A DNA stretch of 64,000 nt from Eledone cirrhosa (lineage: Eukaryota). The notes under the pieces were generated by a model. It was given only the letters and a program-made list of their open reading frames with translations, ran no database searches and was not told the origin of the DNA. The stretch lies in contig OZ024744.1 in NCBI GenBank assembly GCA_964016885.1, forward strand, positions 86,800,001 to 86,864,000. Direction: 5' to 3'. Shown here in pieces: positions 28,813-43,843 of this stretch (position 1 is its first letter; each line of letters opens with the position of its first letter). The position numbers were made by a program, and so were the translations under genes.

Positions 28813-30423
28813 TGTTGTTATACTTTGGGAGGGTCATGTTGCCAATAAGAAACACACGCACCAGTTGCTTTCACTCCAATTTATTATAAATTTAAAAATT
28901 TATAAATTTCCGGTTGGTTGGTTTGTTCCATAAGCGGACGGTTGTTCATATATTGTCAAAGTTCTTTCGTCACATTTTCTGTGACCTCTTCAGTGACTGG
29001 GGATTCTTTTCTTTGTGTTGTGCCTCTCCTGTGTTCTATCCTACGCCATCTTGTTTTTGTGTGTGTTGTGTGCTTAGTTTGCGCATGTGTTACATCCGGG
29101 TGTCTCTGTGTGTTTTTATTTGTTTATTTATTTGTTTATTTTTATGTTACTGGTTGGTTGTTTGTTCTATGTGTGTGTGTGTTTTCATTTTACCCCTAAT
29201 TGTAAGTTGTGATGTTGCTATTCCATTCATGTTTTCTATTTAATTTTGGTTGGAGTTCATTTATGTGTTTATTGCCTCTGTGATTTGTCTAAACATTGCG
29301 TCTTTTCTGTGTGTAGATTCTATTTTTATTTCTATGATCTCTAATTTACCTTTATGTTCTATTTTAGCATGTTGGTGGAGTATTGATGATTCTTTTTTTA
29401 TCTTGAAGTTCTCGCCAGTGTTCATTTAACCGTTCTCCTATACTACGAGCCTATGTACACTATATTCTTATCTTTACATTGTCCTTCAGTACATCTTATG
29501 CTATATACTACATTTCTAGTTTTACAGTTAATATGGGGGCTTAGTTTACAGATTATGCATTTCTTATCTATACAGGGAGGTTTTTGAAAATGGTATGTAT
29601 TGCTAATAAGTGTTTTATGGAGGTACCTGGTCTTTCTACTATCTTAATATTAAGTTTATGTTTATCTAGGCCCTTCTAATTGTGTAAGCTAATTCACCTC
29701 TAGGGTTTGTATTGATGAACATTACACTCTGGTATTTATTGCTATCATATCATGAGTTTATTCTATTAGCCTTATTACTAGTTCTTTCTATTCTATTCCA
29801 AAATTTGCTCCTATACAAGGGGCATGTCCTATTTGTATCATTTTTCCCCATTTTTTTCCCATTTGGTTCTGGATCCTCTATATACTCTGATTTTATCTCT
29901 CTGATTGTAACCAGAGAACTGCATACGATGGATGAAGTGTTTTATGTGTCACTCTAGTTCTTTGGGGTTGCACATGCGGGACACGTTTCTCATCACCCGT
30001 ACTAAATCCGCAATCAGTATGTTGATTTTCGTGTGATCCGAAACAGCTGAGTTTCGGTGGATCAGATATTTGGAAATCATGGGTTTGGCATAATGGGAAT
30101 AAACAAATAAAAACACACACAGACACCCGGATGTAACACATGCGTAAACTAAGCACACAACACACACAAAAACAAGATGGCGTAGGACAGAACAAAGGAG
30201 AGGCACAAAACAAAGAAAAGAATCCCCTGTCACTGAAGATGTCACAGAATGTGTGGCAAAAGAACTTTGACAATACATGAACAACCGTCCGGTTATGGAA
30301 TCAACAAACCAACCGGAAATTTATAAATTCTTAAATTTATAAATTTAATTTATAATAAATTGGAATGAAAGCAACTGGTCCGTGTGTTTCTTATTGGCAA
30401 CATGACCCTCCCAAAGCATAACA

Positions 30424-30425
<2 letters not shown>
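28813..30425 (-). mobile_element. Penelope-like element with inverted pLTRs (28813-29128 and 30098-30425); HHRs at 28955-28997 (-) and 30228-30272 (+)
   Basis: Minus-strand decayed ORF KINILIADLVRVMRNVSRMC.. homologous to 25139-25970. Termini are reverse complements. Confidence 0.9.
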
Positions 30426-30467
<42 letters not shown>

Positions 30468-30476
<9 letters not shown>

Positions 30477-30896
30477 TAAAAAAATAATGAATAAAACAAT
30501 GAAACAGTTCCTTATATTAAACAAAAAAAGTTCATTATTTAACGATCGTTTCTGGGATATATATGTGTTAGAATTGGCATGTATATTTAACAGATCTATG
30601 TACAAAATTATACAAAATTATACAAACTATCAAAATTAAATATACATACCAACTCATATATATGCCGTCTTCAGAAATAATGATTATTTCTGAAGACGGC
30701 ATATATATGAGTTGGTATGTATATTTAATTTTGATAGTTTGTATAATTTTGTATAATTTTGTACATAGATCTGTTAAATATACATGCCAATTCTAACACA
30801 TATATATCCCAGAAACGATCGTTAAATAATGAACTTTTTTTGTTTAATATAAGGAACTGTTTCATTGTTTTATTCATTATTTTTTAAATATTTTAT
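30468..30896. repeat. Near-perfect palindrome, 214-bp arms, 1-nt centre (30682)
   Basis: 30468-30681 is the reverse complement of 30683-30896, with one mismatch near the outer end. Confidence 0.95.
30683..30830 (+). ncRNA. Hammerhead ribozyme with ~115-nt helix II; mirror at 30534-30681 (-)
   Basis: ATTATTT CTGAAGA [long hairpin] GAAAC GATC GTT AAATAAT. 7-bp helix I, palindromic GATC loop. Confidence 0.75.
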
Positions 30897-31027
30897 CTTG
30901 ACTCTGTATTCCGTTTATCTTTCACCGAAAGTGATTTTTCATTGCATCTCTTCTTTCCATGATATCCGGATTACATTGAGTTCTTCATACGGATTGGACA
31001 CTACCGTAAACTCTTGGTAGATTTATC

Positions 31028-31106
<79 letters not shown>

Positions 31107-31107
31107 C

Positions 31108-31165
<58 letters not shown>

Positions 31166-31586
31166 GATGTGAGAAAAACCACAGACCCTCCATCTCAACT
31201 CACCTTTTGAAAAGCAGAAGAACTGCAAAACCGATAAAGGAACCAAATAAATATAAATATTTAAAAAAAAAGACTCCAGTTGCATTTTCGATTTCATCTT
31301 TTTTCCTCATACTTTCACTCGTGTAGGACACCTCGGTTATTTTTCATTTTGTAAAAAAAGCCTCACTTTCTAATATATATATATATATATATACGGGATA
31401 ACAATTTATTGTTATAGGTAGACCACTTAGATATAATCCATTTAGGGTACTCCTAGTAGTGGATAGTACTAACGCTTGGCTAAGTTTGACTGGTTATAAC
31501 AAAGTACTGGTGATCGATTGACGCAATAAGCAGCGGGTAGCGATCTCTAGACCTACCAGTTCAGAGAAACAATTGTCAGCAATGTG

Positions 31587-31646
<60 letters not shown>

Positions 31647-31693
31647 ATACTTGGGGAGGGTCATATTGTTGTAATAATATTGCCAGAAATAAT

Positions 31694-31883
31694 TGTTTCT
31701 ACTTTAGGCACAAGGCTAGAAATTACCCAGTGCATTACTGGTACTTTATTTTATCGACCCCGTAAGGATGAAAGGCAAAGTTAACCTCGGCGGGATTTGA
31801 ACTCAGACTGTAAAGGGACGTAACTATGCTAGAAAGCAAGGTGTCCAACCCTCTACCGATACTGCCAATTCACCGCCCTATTA
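31694..31883 (-). mobile_element. tRNA-derived SINE with 15-bp TSD
   Basis: ATTGCCAGAAATAAT at 31679-31693 and 31884-31898. Confidence 0.93.
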
Positions 31884-32011
31884 ATTGCCAGAAATAATAA
31901 TAACAGAACACTTTCACTGTTTAGTTGGTTTTCGCTTCTGTATCTTTTATATCTCCATAGTTAATTTACTTGGCAATCAACATTTATCATTGATTGACCA
32001 ACGGTTAAAAA

Positions 32012-32053
<42 letters not shown>

Positions 32054-32099
32054 ACGTCTGTCTGTCTATCGATCTTTCTGTTTCTCTGTATATAAACCT

Positions 32100-32352
32100 G
32101 TAGGTTGAGGAAGAGAAACGGAGTGAAGACGGAAACACCTACAAAACATGTTCCTGGTGTTGAGGTTTGGTCTATCCACGGCATGTAAAACAACCCTGCA
32201 GTAATGTTCGCCCCTATTGAGGATTTCGATTGTTTTATTTTACATAAATTTTATTGTTATTCATTGTTATTAAAGATTTTATGAAAAAAGAACCCGTCGT
32301 CACGTCTTGTAATCTCCCATTTTTGTACGCCCCTGTGGCAAATAAAGAAATC
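32100..32352 (+). mobile_element. 3' remnant of a Tx1-like LINE
   Basis: CCCCTATTGAGGATTT and GCCCCTGTGGCAAATAAAGAAATC match the 3' ends of the other Tx1 copies. Confidence 0.65.
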
Positions 32353-32712
32353 TATCTATCTGACTATCTGTCAATGTATTTATCTTTCACACATAATCAT
32401 CCCCTACCTCTCTGTATGTATATATATACATACACGCATACATACATACATACGCACGCACACACACATACACACACACACACATAAATACACACACATA
32501 CATGCATACATAAATAAACACACATGTTTTTGTAGTTTTTTCTATTCAATCTGAAATAAGCACGCTCCATAATGTTTGTCTTCCAGTGTACTTTAGGGTT
32601 TTCCATCTGTGACTATTGCCCTTGTGGCATATAAGTAAATCAAAATCGTCATTATTTTTTTTTATTGTTATTGCTGATGGTTTTGTTGATGTTGTTGTTG
32701 TTATTGTTATTA

Positions 32713-32748
<36 letters not shown>

Positions 32749-32777
32749 TTCTTCTTCTTCTTCTTCTTCTTCTTCTT

Positions 32778-32884
<107 letters not shown>

Positions 32885-33756
32885 CATCATTATTGTTAAT
32901 AGTATTATTTTGTCATGTTTTCCTTTTGCTCCGTGAGTAAATACAGTATTGTTGTATATTCATTTTTTAAATTATTTTTATTGCTTGTTTATCTTTCCTG
33001 GGAAAGGTTGGCTAAAATCGATCGAATGTAATTGGGCAGTCCTTTACACATTTCTTCTTCTTGGTATTCTTCTTTAAGTTTTAAGAAAACCATTTTCAAG
33101 ATTAATCTCGTTGAATTAAGAGGAAATAAGAGTGGAGAGTGGCACACCCTGCTAGACAAAAATGGCGTAGGTAGAATTTACTGAGATTTAGTGGGGAAGA
33201 CAAAAGCAGTGAACGAAATGGCATCAATGCCGTTGGTAAATTCCTTTTATTTACATTCGTTATTCTGACGACATTCTTATTTGTTTAACAAATTCTGCTC
33301 AACATTCGGCGTCATCTCAAAGTCCACGGCATAACCATCCCGTGTCGCGGGTGTTGTATTGATTGTGTTTCTGTTTTATAACAGGCACTGGACTAAAAAG
33401 ACTTCTTGTGGCGGCCGTGACGTTTGTTGGGAAACCAGCGAGAAAATGTACTCGACGACCTTTCCATTGAGAGGAAACTGCAAGGCAACAAACAATAAAA
33501 AAAACAAAAACAAGCATCAATACACTTACTAACATATACATAGCATAGTTTTCAAATTACACACCTATAACACCGAAACAAACATACCTTATATTAAATA
33601 GAAATACATATGGATTCATTCATATGTATATATAGAGATAAATGCAATTGAACACACACATACACACACTCACACCTACCCAGACACCAACACCAACACT
33701 CATATATATATATATATATATATATAGTTATTTATTTATATACATATATGTGTCTA

Positions 33757-33794
<38 letters not shown>

Positions 33795-33809
33795 CCTACA
33801 ACACACATA

Positions 33810-33851
<42 letters not shown>

Positions 33852-33937
33852 TATAGGTACATTCATAAATACATATACAAGTATGTAAGCAAATGTATAT
33901 GCATCTACGTATGTATGTGTATGTATATTCATATATG

Positions 33938-33968
<31 letters not shown>

Positions 33969-33980
33969 CTGCGTGTGTCT

Positions 33981-34079
<99 letters not shown>

Positions 34080-34328
34080 TATATGTATATATATATATAT
34101 ATATACATACATATATGAATGTATATATGCATATACAGAGTGAGAGAGAGAGATTGAGGTGGGGGGAGATAACTATGTGTGTGTGTATGTGTGTGTGGAA
34201 ATGCATATTTACACATTCAGATATATGTTTCAAGAATACCTCTTATATAAATAATGCGCATTCATCCACAAGGCCGCACACGTATTTAGACACCCACACA
34301 TGACACTTTCACAAGCGTATATATATAT

Positions 34329-34404
<76 letters not shown>

Positions 34405-34498
34405 CTTTTGTAAATATATATCAATTTGTACACAAAGACGTTCATACTACAACAATTAAACATGTATATGTATGTATATATATATCTATCTATCTATT

Positions 34499-34558
<60 letters not shown>

Positions 34559-34603
34559 AGTGGAAACTTCTTAGTAAAATCTAAGCTTGGACTGTGGGCA
34601 AGC

Positions 34604-34641
<38 letters not shown>

Positions 34642-34753
34642 CCAGTAAGACCCCGACAGCTGAGCTCAAGCCGTTTCGACGGCTAATTCTGGACTCTAAT
34701 TCTGGACTAATTCTGCGTTATGGTCCACCTGGTTCCTTACCACATTTCCTTCG

Positions 34754-34825
<72 letters not shown>

Positions 34826-34968
34826 AAACATATATATATATATGTATAATATATATAATAACATATTTATATAATATATATAAAACATATATATATATAA
34901 TATATATAATATATATATATATAATATATATATAAAAACATTTATATATATATATAATATATATAAAA

Positions 34969-35087
<119 letters not shown>

Positions 35088-37705
35088 TAGAAAGAAAATG
35101 TAGTTTGCTCAGGCAGAAAATAAACCCCTCTTTCTGTCTGTCTCCCTCTGTCTCCCCCCCTCTCTCTCTCTCTCTCCCTCTCTCTCCCTCTCTCTCTCTC
35201 TTTGGAGGATATCGACTTTGCTCTGATTTGGAAAGTGATAGGCTCCGTGAAGTTTTATAAGGCCTAAGATGTATATTACATCCCCAACCCCAACAGAAGA
35301 TATGAGCTCATACCTGGGCACATGGTTAGGTTATGGCTGAGAGAGGAATTTAATACACTAAAAAAATTTGCCCATACAACTAACATCAATTTTCTACAGA
35401 TATGTGATACCGATTCCCTAATTATGTTAATGAACGACAATAAGTAATATGTTGTTCTAATGATTAACTGAATTACTTCAGCCTTTAGCATCAATCCTAA
35501 AGGAAACCTAACGAAAATGGATTCAAGAACAACGCTGATAACGGATGTTTAAACGATGGAATTCAGTTGTTCAAAGTATATCTATATATAAATTTGAGTG
35601 ACTTCCGTCCATCACACAATGTGTATGTGTATTTGTGTGAATGTATGTGTGCGTAAAAAGGGAAGGAAGGGAATCGTGAAAAATTTTTAGAAAATCAGCA
35701 ACTAGCAATCCATTTGATCCATTTGCTACACAGTGTGTGTGTTTGAGTAAATGTATGTGTGTGCGTTTGTGTGAATGTATGTCTGTGAGTGTTTATCTTT
35801 GTAAGTGTGTCTGTGTTTTTGCGTTTATATTTATATACTCATACATAAAGAATGTATGCCTATACACATACAGACATGAACACATATACACACTTACGTG
35901 TCAGCATACTGAACAATTTCTAGTTCATTAATTGTGCACATCACCCTTACAGGACTTTTAAATATGATTGGAAGGTGGTTGAAATGTGTCCTCAATACGA
36001 CCACCTGGCCAGAATGATTTTAGAAGTGTGAGCTCCGCTAAGATCATCCGAAAACTATGCGGTGGTAGTGGTGGTTGTAAACCGGGTGACGGATTAATCT
36101 CCCAGCATGTTAGGCCACAACTAGATTTGAACTCAGAATGGAAAGAGTAGACACAATTACCACAAGCGTCCCGTTCAATGCTGTAACCATTCTGTCAATC
36201 CACTGTTTTGAATTGATACGTTATTTCGAAATGATGAAATGTTAAGTTGACTCCTGTGGGTGCTGAAGATAGTGCAGAACGATTAAACAAATACTGCAAA
36301 GAAATTTGTGTCCTGCACTCTAAACACTGTGAATTCACCGTCTGAATCCAGACGTGCAAGAATGAGGAATTATATCCCTTTCCAATCTGACCGCATCGTT
36401 TTTAAGAAGCAAGGCCACATTGCATAAAATAGTTCTAGATATACATTGATTAAAAAAGAAACCATAGAATGTTCATTGATCTGGATAATTACAACTGGCC
36501 TATTATCAAACAACAATAACACCAAACTCTAAATTTGAAACTTATTACTTATGATAATTTCATTTATAGTACAGTGGTACCTTGACTTACGAGTGTCCCA
36601 ACTAACGAGTTTTTCGAGATATGGGCCGTCTCTCTGCCGGTTTTTTGCTTTGAGTTGCGAGCTAAAATTCGGGTTACGAGCCAGCTTCAGATATCCTTTC
36701 CCTAGTTGGCGTAGCGACCGCCACAATGAACACCGTAACATCCGCCCTGCATCCCATAGGAACGAAGGATAGGAGCGCGAATGACAGTGCTGAGAAGAAG
36801 AAGTGGATGATGTGCATTGAATTAAAGAAATAAATTATCGAAAAACGACCACGGTATACGTGTAGTCGACTTGGTGAAGCAATACGAGTGTAGCACTTTT
36901 ACGAAGCAGAAAGAGTCGATAAAGGCTATAACGCCAGCCAAGAGAGTTAAAATAATTTTTAAACAGCGGACATTTATCCATGAAAATATGGAAAAACAGC
37001 TGATAGTGTGGTTGATGGAGAAGCAGTTTGCCAGAGATACCGTGACAGAGACTATAATCTGCGTGAAGGCACGAGCTATTTACGTTGATTTGCTGCATCA
37101 GACCCCAGGTACTTCGACGAACGAGGCATCGGGAAAACAGTTTAAAGCCAGTCGGAGCTGGTTCGAGAATTTTAAAAAGTGGACCAACATTCATTCCGTT
37201 GTCAGGCATGGTGAGGCAGTGAGTGCGGATATGAAGGCAGCTGAGGATTACCTCAAAGCTTTTGCCGAAATTATGGCTGCCAAAGGATACACCCCTCAGC
37301 AAGTCTTCAACTGTGACGAGACAAGACTTTTTTGGAAGAAGATGCCAAGGAAGACTTATATAACGGCAGAGAAGAGGATGACAGGCCACAAACCATGAAG
37401 GGTAGGTTAACTCTCATACTGTGTGCCAATGCGTGTGGCGACTGCAAGATTAAGCCGCTGCTCGTTTATCATACAGAAAACCCCAAAACCTTTAAGTCAC
37501 ATAAGATTCTGAAAGCAAAAACTGCAGTTGTGTGGGGGGCAAATCCGAGGGTGTGCGTCACTATGCAATCCTTTATGGAGTGGGTGTATTTGGTCTTTGG
37601 TCTTGACGTTAAGAAATATCTCCAGGAAAATAACCTACCCCAGCAAGCCCTTCTCGTCCTGGACAATGCACCTGCTCCCCCACCTAAACTTGAAGAGTTC
37701 AAGTT

Positions 37706-38829
37706 TATAAAGGTTCTCTACCTTCCACCCAACACCTCCCCTATCCTACAGCCCACTCTACATTCCCCCCAACACCACCCCTATACTGCAACCCACGGAC
37801 CAGTAGGTTATATAAAGGTTCTCTACCTTCCACCCAACACCACCCCTATCCTACAGCCCACGGACCAGTAGGTGATATAAAGGTTCTCTACCTTCCACCC
37901 AACACCACCCCTATCCTGCAGCCCACGGACCAGTAGGTGATATAAAGGTTCTCTACCTTCCACCCAACACCTCCCCTATCCTACAGCCCACTCTACCTTC
38001 CACCCAACACCACCCCTATCCTACAGCCCACGGACCAGTAGGTTATATAAAGGTTCTCTACCTTCCACCCAACACCACCCCTATCCTACAGCCCACTCTA
38101 CATTCCACCCAACACCACCCCTATCCTGCAGCCCACAGACCAGTAGGTTATATAAAGGTTCTCTACCTTCCACCCAACACCACCCCTATCCTACAGCCCA
38201 CGGACCAGTAGGTGATATAAAGGTTCTCTACCTTCCACCCAACACCACCCCTATCCTACAGCCCACTCTACATTCCACCCAACACCACCCCTATCCTGCA
38301 GCCCACAGACCAGTAGGTTATATAAAGGTTCTCTACCTTCCACCCAACACCACCCCTATCCTACAGCCCACGGACCAGTAGGTTATATAAAGGTTCTCTA
38401 CCTTCCACCCAACACCACCCCTATCCTACAGCCCACTCTACATTCCACCCAACACCACCCCTATCCTGCAGCCCACAGACCAGTAGGTTATATAAAGGTT
38501 CTCTACCTTCCACCCAACACCACCCCTATCCTACAGCCCACGGACCAGTAGGTTATATAAAGGTTCTCTACCTTCCACCCAACACCACCCCTATCCTACA
38601 GCCCACTCTACATTCCACCCAACACCACCCCTATCCTGCAGCCCACAGACCAGTAGGTTATATAAAGGTTCTCTACCTTCCACCCAACACCACCCCTATC
38701 CTACAGCCCACGGACCAGTAGGTGATATAAAGGTTCTCTACCTTCCACCCAACACCACCCCTATCCTACAGCCCACTCTACATTCCACCCAACACCACCC
38801 CTATCCTACAGCCCACGGACCAGTAGGTT
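37706..38829 (+). repeat. Minisatellite of 65-bp and 40-bp units with a 170-bp higher-order period, derived from the transposase
   Basis: Unit encodes IKVLYLPPNTTPILQPTDQ. Identical context recurs at 38151, 38321, 38491 and 38661. Confidence 0.95.
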
Positions 38830-39650
38830 GTTTCTAATTTCAAGAAGCTTTTCACCAAGAACTTGTTCCGCCACTGCTTTGAGGTAACGGAGAGCACAAA
38901 CCTCACCCTTCGAGAGTTCTGGAAGGACCACTATAACATTGTGATATGCCTCAGAATTATCTATATGGCCTGGCAGAGTGTTACAAAAGACGACTTTGAC
39001 CTCTGCGTGGAAGAAGCTGTGGCTTGAAGTTGGATCTGAAACAGACTTTGAAAGACTCGAACCCGAAGCGGCAGTGGTGGAAGAGATTGTATCCCTCGGC
39101 AAGTCTATGGGCCTGGACATGGATGAAGGTGACATCAACGAGCTTATCGAGGAGCACTCCGAGGAACTGACAACGAAGGAGCTGAAGGAGTTACAGACGC
39201 AGCAGCACACGGAGGTTTTGTAGGAAATAGGTGACACGGAGGAGGTTATCTCTACAAGTGAGATAAAGGAAATATTGGGAATGTGGGAGAACTTTCAGAC
39301 TTTATTCAAAAGACACACCCAGAAAAAGTTGCAACTGGGTGTGCGACGGCGCTATTTAATGACACTTGCCTAGCTCATTTCAGAAACATTCTGAAGGGTA
39401 GAATAAAACAGACCTCATTAGACAGGTTTTTATCGAAATCTCCTGCAAATAAAAGTGAGGAAAGCGTGGCAAAAAGTGCAAAAATCAGCGAATAAGATTC
39501 AGTTATTCAGTTAAGCCTTTCTCCTCCACCTCCTTTAATATCCTCAAGTTGTCTGATCTCCAAGATAAATGCTGTACAGTGTACTTAATAAAATCAGTTT
39601 ATTGCAGCATATTTTATGGTATTATTTTTATACAATTATTTTTATACAAA

Positions 39651-40038
39651 GGGCGGTGGATTGGCAGTATCGGTAGAGGTCGGACGCCATGCTTTCCAAC
39701 ATAGTTACGTCCCTTTACTATCTGAATTCAAATCCCGCCGAGGTTGACTTTGCCTTTCATCCTTACGGGGTCGATAAATTAAAGTACCAGTAATGCACTG
39801 GGTAATTGCTGGCCTTGGGCCTAAAGTAGAAACATTTATTTTTATACAATAGGCCGGTGAATTGGCAGTATCGGTAGAGGGTTGGACGCCATTCTTTCTA
39901 GCATAGTTACGTCCCTTTACAGTCTGAGTTCAAATCCCGCCGAGGATAACTTTGCCTTTCATCCTTACGGGGTCGATAAAATAAAGTACCAGTAATGTAC
40001 TGGGTTATTGCTGGCCTTGTGCCTAAAGTAGAAACAAT
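39651..40038 (+). mobile_element. Two tandem SINEs inside the Tigger element
   Basis: TTATTTTTATACAA occurs before, between and after the two copies. Confidence 0.92.
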
Positions 40039-40403
40039 TATTTTTATACAATATTCGTTATTTATAAGTACATTTTTCTTATTTAAAAAACAAGAAAAAA
40101 AAATTGCGGTAATTTTTTTTTGGGGGGGGGGACGGATTAATGGCATTTCAATTCATTTCAATGGGGAAAATTGATTTGACATAGAGTAATTTGAATTACG
40201 AGCTCCGTCACGGAATGAATTAAACTCGTAAGACAAGGTACCACTGTATATAAAAATCTATATTCTGAGTTTAGGTCCCACAGAAATAGACTTTACTGTT
40301 TATCCTTTCAAATTAGTTAAAATACATCATCTGTCAATTACTAGAGTCTGATTAATAAACTAGGCATATCTAACCAACATTTGGGATCTAGTGTTTACCC
40401 TAA

Positions 40404-40805
40404 CCCTTTAGAATTGACATTGCTTTATATATACTAATGTCTTTTCACAGTAAACACATAACTGTTTCTACTTTTGGCACAAGTCCAGCAATTACCCAGT
40501 ACATTACTGGTACTTTATTTTATCGACCCCGTAAGGATGAAAGGCAAAGTGAACCTCGGCGGGATTTGAACTCAGATCGTAAAGGGACGTAACTATGCTG
40601 GAAAGCATGGCGTCCGACTCTCTACCGATACTGCCAATCCACAGTAAACACATAACCTCACATAATATTGACTCTACGAGATTTTGATATTATTTATTTT
40701 GAGAACGCTACCTTAAAGTCAGTATGAGCGGCCGGTTATAGCCAGTTTCAATAGAAAGAGGTGAGAGAATACTGGCCGGATGCGGCCGGTTTAAATGCTA
40801 AAGGG
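40404..40805. mobile_element. piggyBac-like MITE containing a SINE (40463-40639, -, TSD CACAGTAAACACATAAC)
   Basis: TIRs CCCTTTAGAATT / AATGCTAAAGGG, flanked by degenerate TTAA (CTAA, ATAA). Confidence 0.6.
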
Positions 40806-41179
40806 ATAAAAGTTATTATTAATACCACATTAACAGTTCAACTATACAATCCTATACATCACAAGACTAAAAAACGTATGAATTTCCCTCCTTGATTCTT
40901 ATTTATAATTTCTATTATATATATTAGCATTATATATTTTTCTATTTTCTCTGTTCAATTCCATGCTATATATAATCACGTGGGATTGCAATAATATTAT
41001 TTCATGTATTATTTTTTTTTTTTTTTTTAATATGCCTTCAGTAGATTCAATCAGAATACGATATGTTTGAATGTAGAATCATAGATTATAAATTATAATA
41101 AATACGTATACTATTAGAATATTCTGTCTTCACCTTTTCATACACGCCACGCACACACACACGCACGCGCACACACACG

Positions 41180-41348
<169 letters not shown>

Positions 41349-41994
41349 GAATATACAAATATAAACACAAATAAAAATATGCACGTGTTCGAATTGTAAA
41401 GGACCAGGTTTATTTGGGTGAACAAAATACTAACTATAACAATATAGTTTGCCAGACTTAATTTAAAGTAATAAATCAAGAAAAAGAAGAACAGACCTAT
41501 ATTGGGCAACTGCCTGAACCACCTAGACAGTTATAGGAACTGTTCCGCAAATTATTAAGCGAAGAAATCACCAACTTTCTGCTCATCAGTAGGTGTTACA
41601 AATTAGCAATCCTTCCACTTCTAAGTATATTAGAAGGCTGAATAGTGTGCGATATGAAACAACGCACATGTCTTCAGAGCCTAACGTGTCTCATAAACCA
41701 ATGTTGCTAAAAATAGCAGTCTGGTTTACACGACATTTAAATTAGCTCAACGAGACGGAGCCGACAATATCAGGTATTGAGTTAGAAACTCAAAATAGTC
41801 TCTTAAACAATTTTTTCTGAGCCGTGAAATATAATTGAATATACAAGAGAGATAAACACAAATATAAACATACATGTGTTCGAATTGTAAAGGACCATAT
41901 ATTATACGGCTCAGAAAAACTTCTTTCTTGGAGCTATTGAATTGTAAGAGACTATTTTGAGTTTCTAGCTCAATATCTGACACACACACACACT

Positions 41995-42084
<90 letters not shown>

Positions 42085-42203
42085 CACACAGACGTATACA
42101 CATACAGACGTATACATATATGTATGTACGTATACATACATACTTACATTTAAGTAAGTGCCGTACTAAGAGTGAGAAATGAAATTTCGTTTCATTCTAT
42201 TCC

Positions 42204-42261
<58 letters not shown>

Positions 42262-42388
42262 TTTGACTTTCCGGTTCATTTTCATCGGCACAGGTTCAAC
42301 AAGTTGATCCTCAGCAGGTCCAATGAAATGTACGTGCTTGGTATGACGCCGATGTAGTAACTGGTCTTAATAATTATATATATTATAT

Positions 42389-42665
42389 TGGAGACCCCTT
42401 TCGGTCACGAATAACCATGGTTTTGCACATAGAAAGTTTTCCCTCCGAGGTACAAGTCCGGTCAAGTTTGTTAGAGGAAGACCAGCAGTCGTCCATGCAT
42501 ACCAGTCTCTCCTCTCCATGCCACCGATGTTGTCAATTGGAAAGGCTAAGGCTGATACAGCTTGGTACCAGTGACATTGCAACTCCAGTAAACTAGAGCA
42601 ACGTGAAATAAAGTGTCTTACAATGCATCACCCGATCCGAGATCGAACTCACAACCTTTCGAATC
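42389..42665 (-). mobile_element. CORE-type SINE with a distinct 3' tail
   Basis: B-box GAGTTCGATCTC and AAGACACTTTATTTCACGTTGCT on the minus strand. Confidence 0.65.
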
Positions 42666-43499
42666 TTATATGTTATGTATTATATATATAGAGATACATA
42701 CATATTTATTTTGTTTGTTTAAGGTAAGTCCATCAAATTAAGTGATAAATATGTCCTCAATTTCATTCGCCATACACAGTCAAAGTCTAAGCTAATGTTT
42801 TAGCTGCTAAGATTTCTATATACATCAAAACTATTGTATTTATTGTACTGTCAATTAATTATGACCAGATAAGTTCGCACTATATTCAAATGAGCATTTG
42901 CAACCGAAATTTTCAACGTGACTTCAGCTGGATGGCTGGAACAGGTAAAAGTGTAAAAGAGTAAAAGAGTAAAAGAGACAAAATTTATATAGTTTCAAAT
43001 CAATTTTCATCTCAGTAGCGGGTGAATGAATGTCTCTGATTAGAGATTAACGAATCTTGAAACAGTTGGTTGGGATCCTCAACGGCTAGTGAGATATCTG
43101 AGGCAAAATCTTCACAGAGCAAAAGCGAAAAATAATTTTCTTAAGATACTGAAACATTATTTTCTTTAATAACAGTTCTGTCATATATTTATTGTATATG
43201 ATCATATAATATATGTTTTCATATACACCACTATAATTTTTCAAAGTAATAGTGACTTCTCTGGGATTCGAAACCTATGAATTTGTGTACATTCATGAGT
43301 AATGTTGAGAAAGAAAAAGCCGTTCAAGCTTCTTTATTAATCAAACTCCCTAATGGCTTCGCTTGATATTATTTAATAAAATCTGTTGATCCCAAATATT
43401 CGCTAATCACATATTTTTACGTTTATCTAATTATTTTAACAATCATTAATAAATGCCAAACTATAGAGCATAAACACATTACTTTCATATATTTAAGTG

Positions 43500-43843
<344 letters not shown>

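Larger units (their letters stand above)
36572..40246 (+). mobile_element. Tigger/pogo DNA transposon with a disrupted transposase (~36770-39495)
   Basis: TIRs CAGTGGTACCTTGACTTACGAGT / ACTCGTAAGACAAGGTACCACTG with TA on both sides. CENP-B-like FKASRSWFENFKK; DDD motifs FNCDET, LVLDNA, LQPTDQ. Confidence 0.95.

Noticed and set aside
31535-31582. GAAAC AATT GTC hammerhead 3' half
   Set aside because: No intact CUGANGA upstream; too decayed to call.
37706-38829. Repeat array superficially like CRISPR
   Set aside because: No unique spacers, units derive from the transposase, eukaryotic context, no cas genes.
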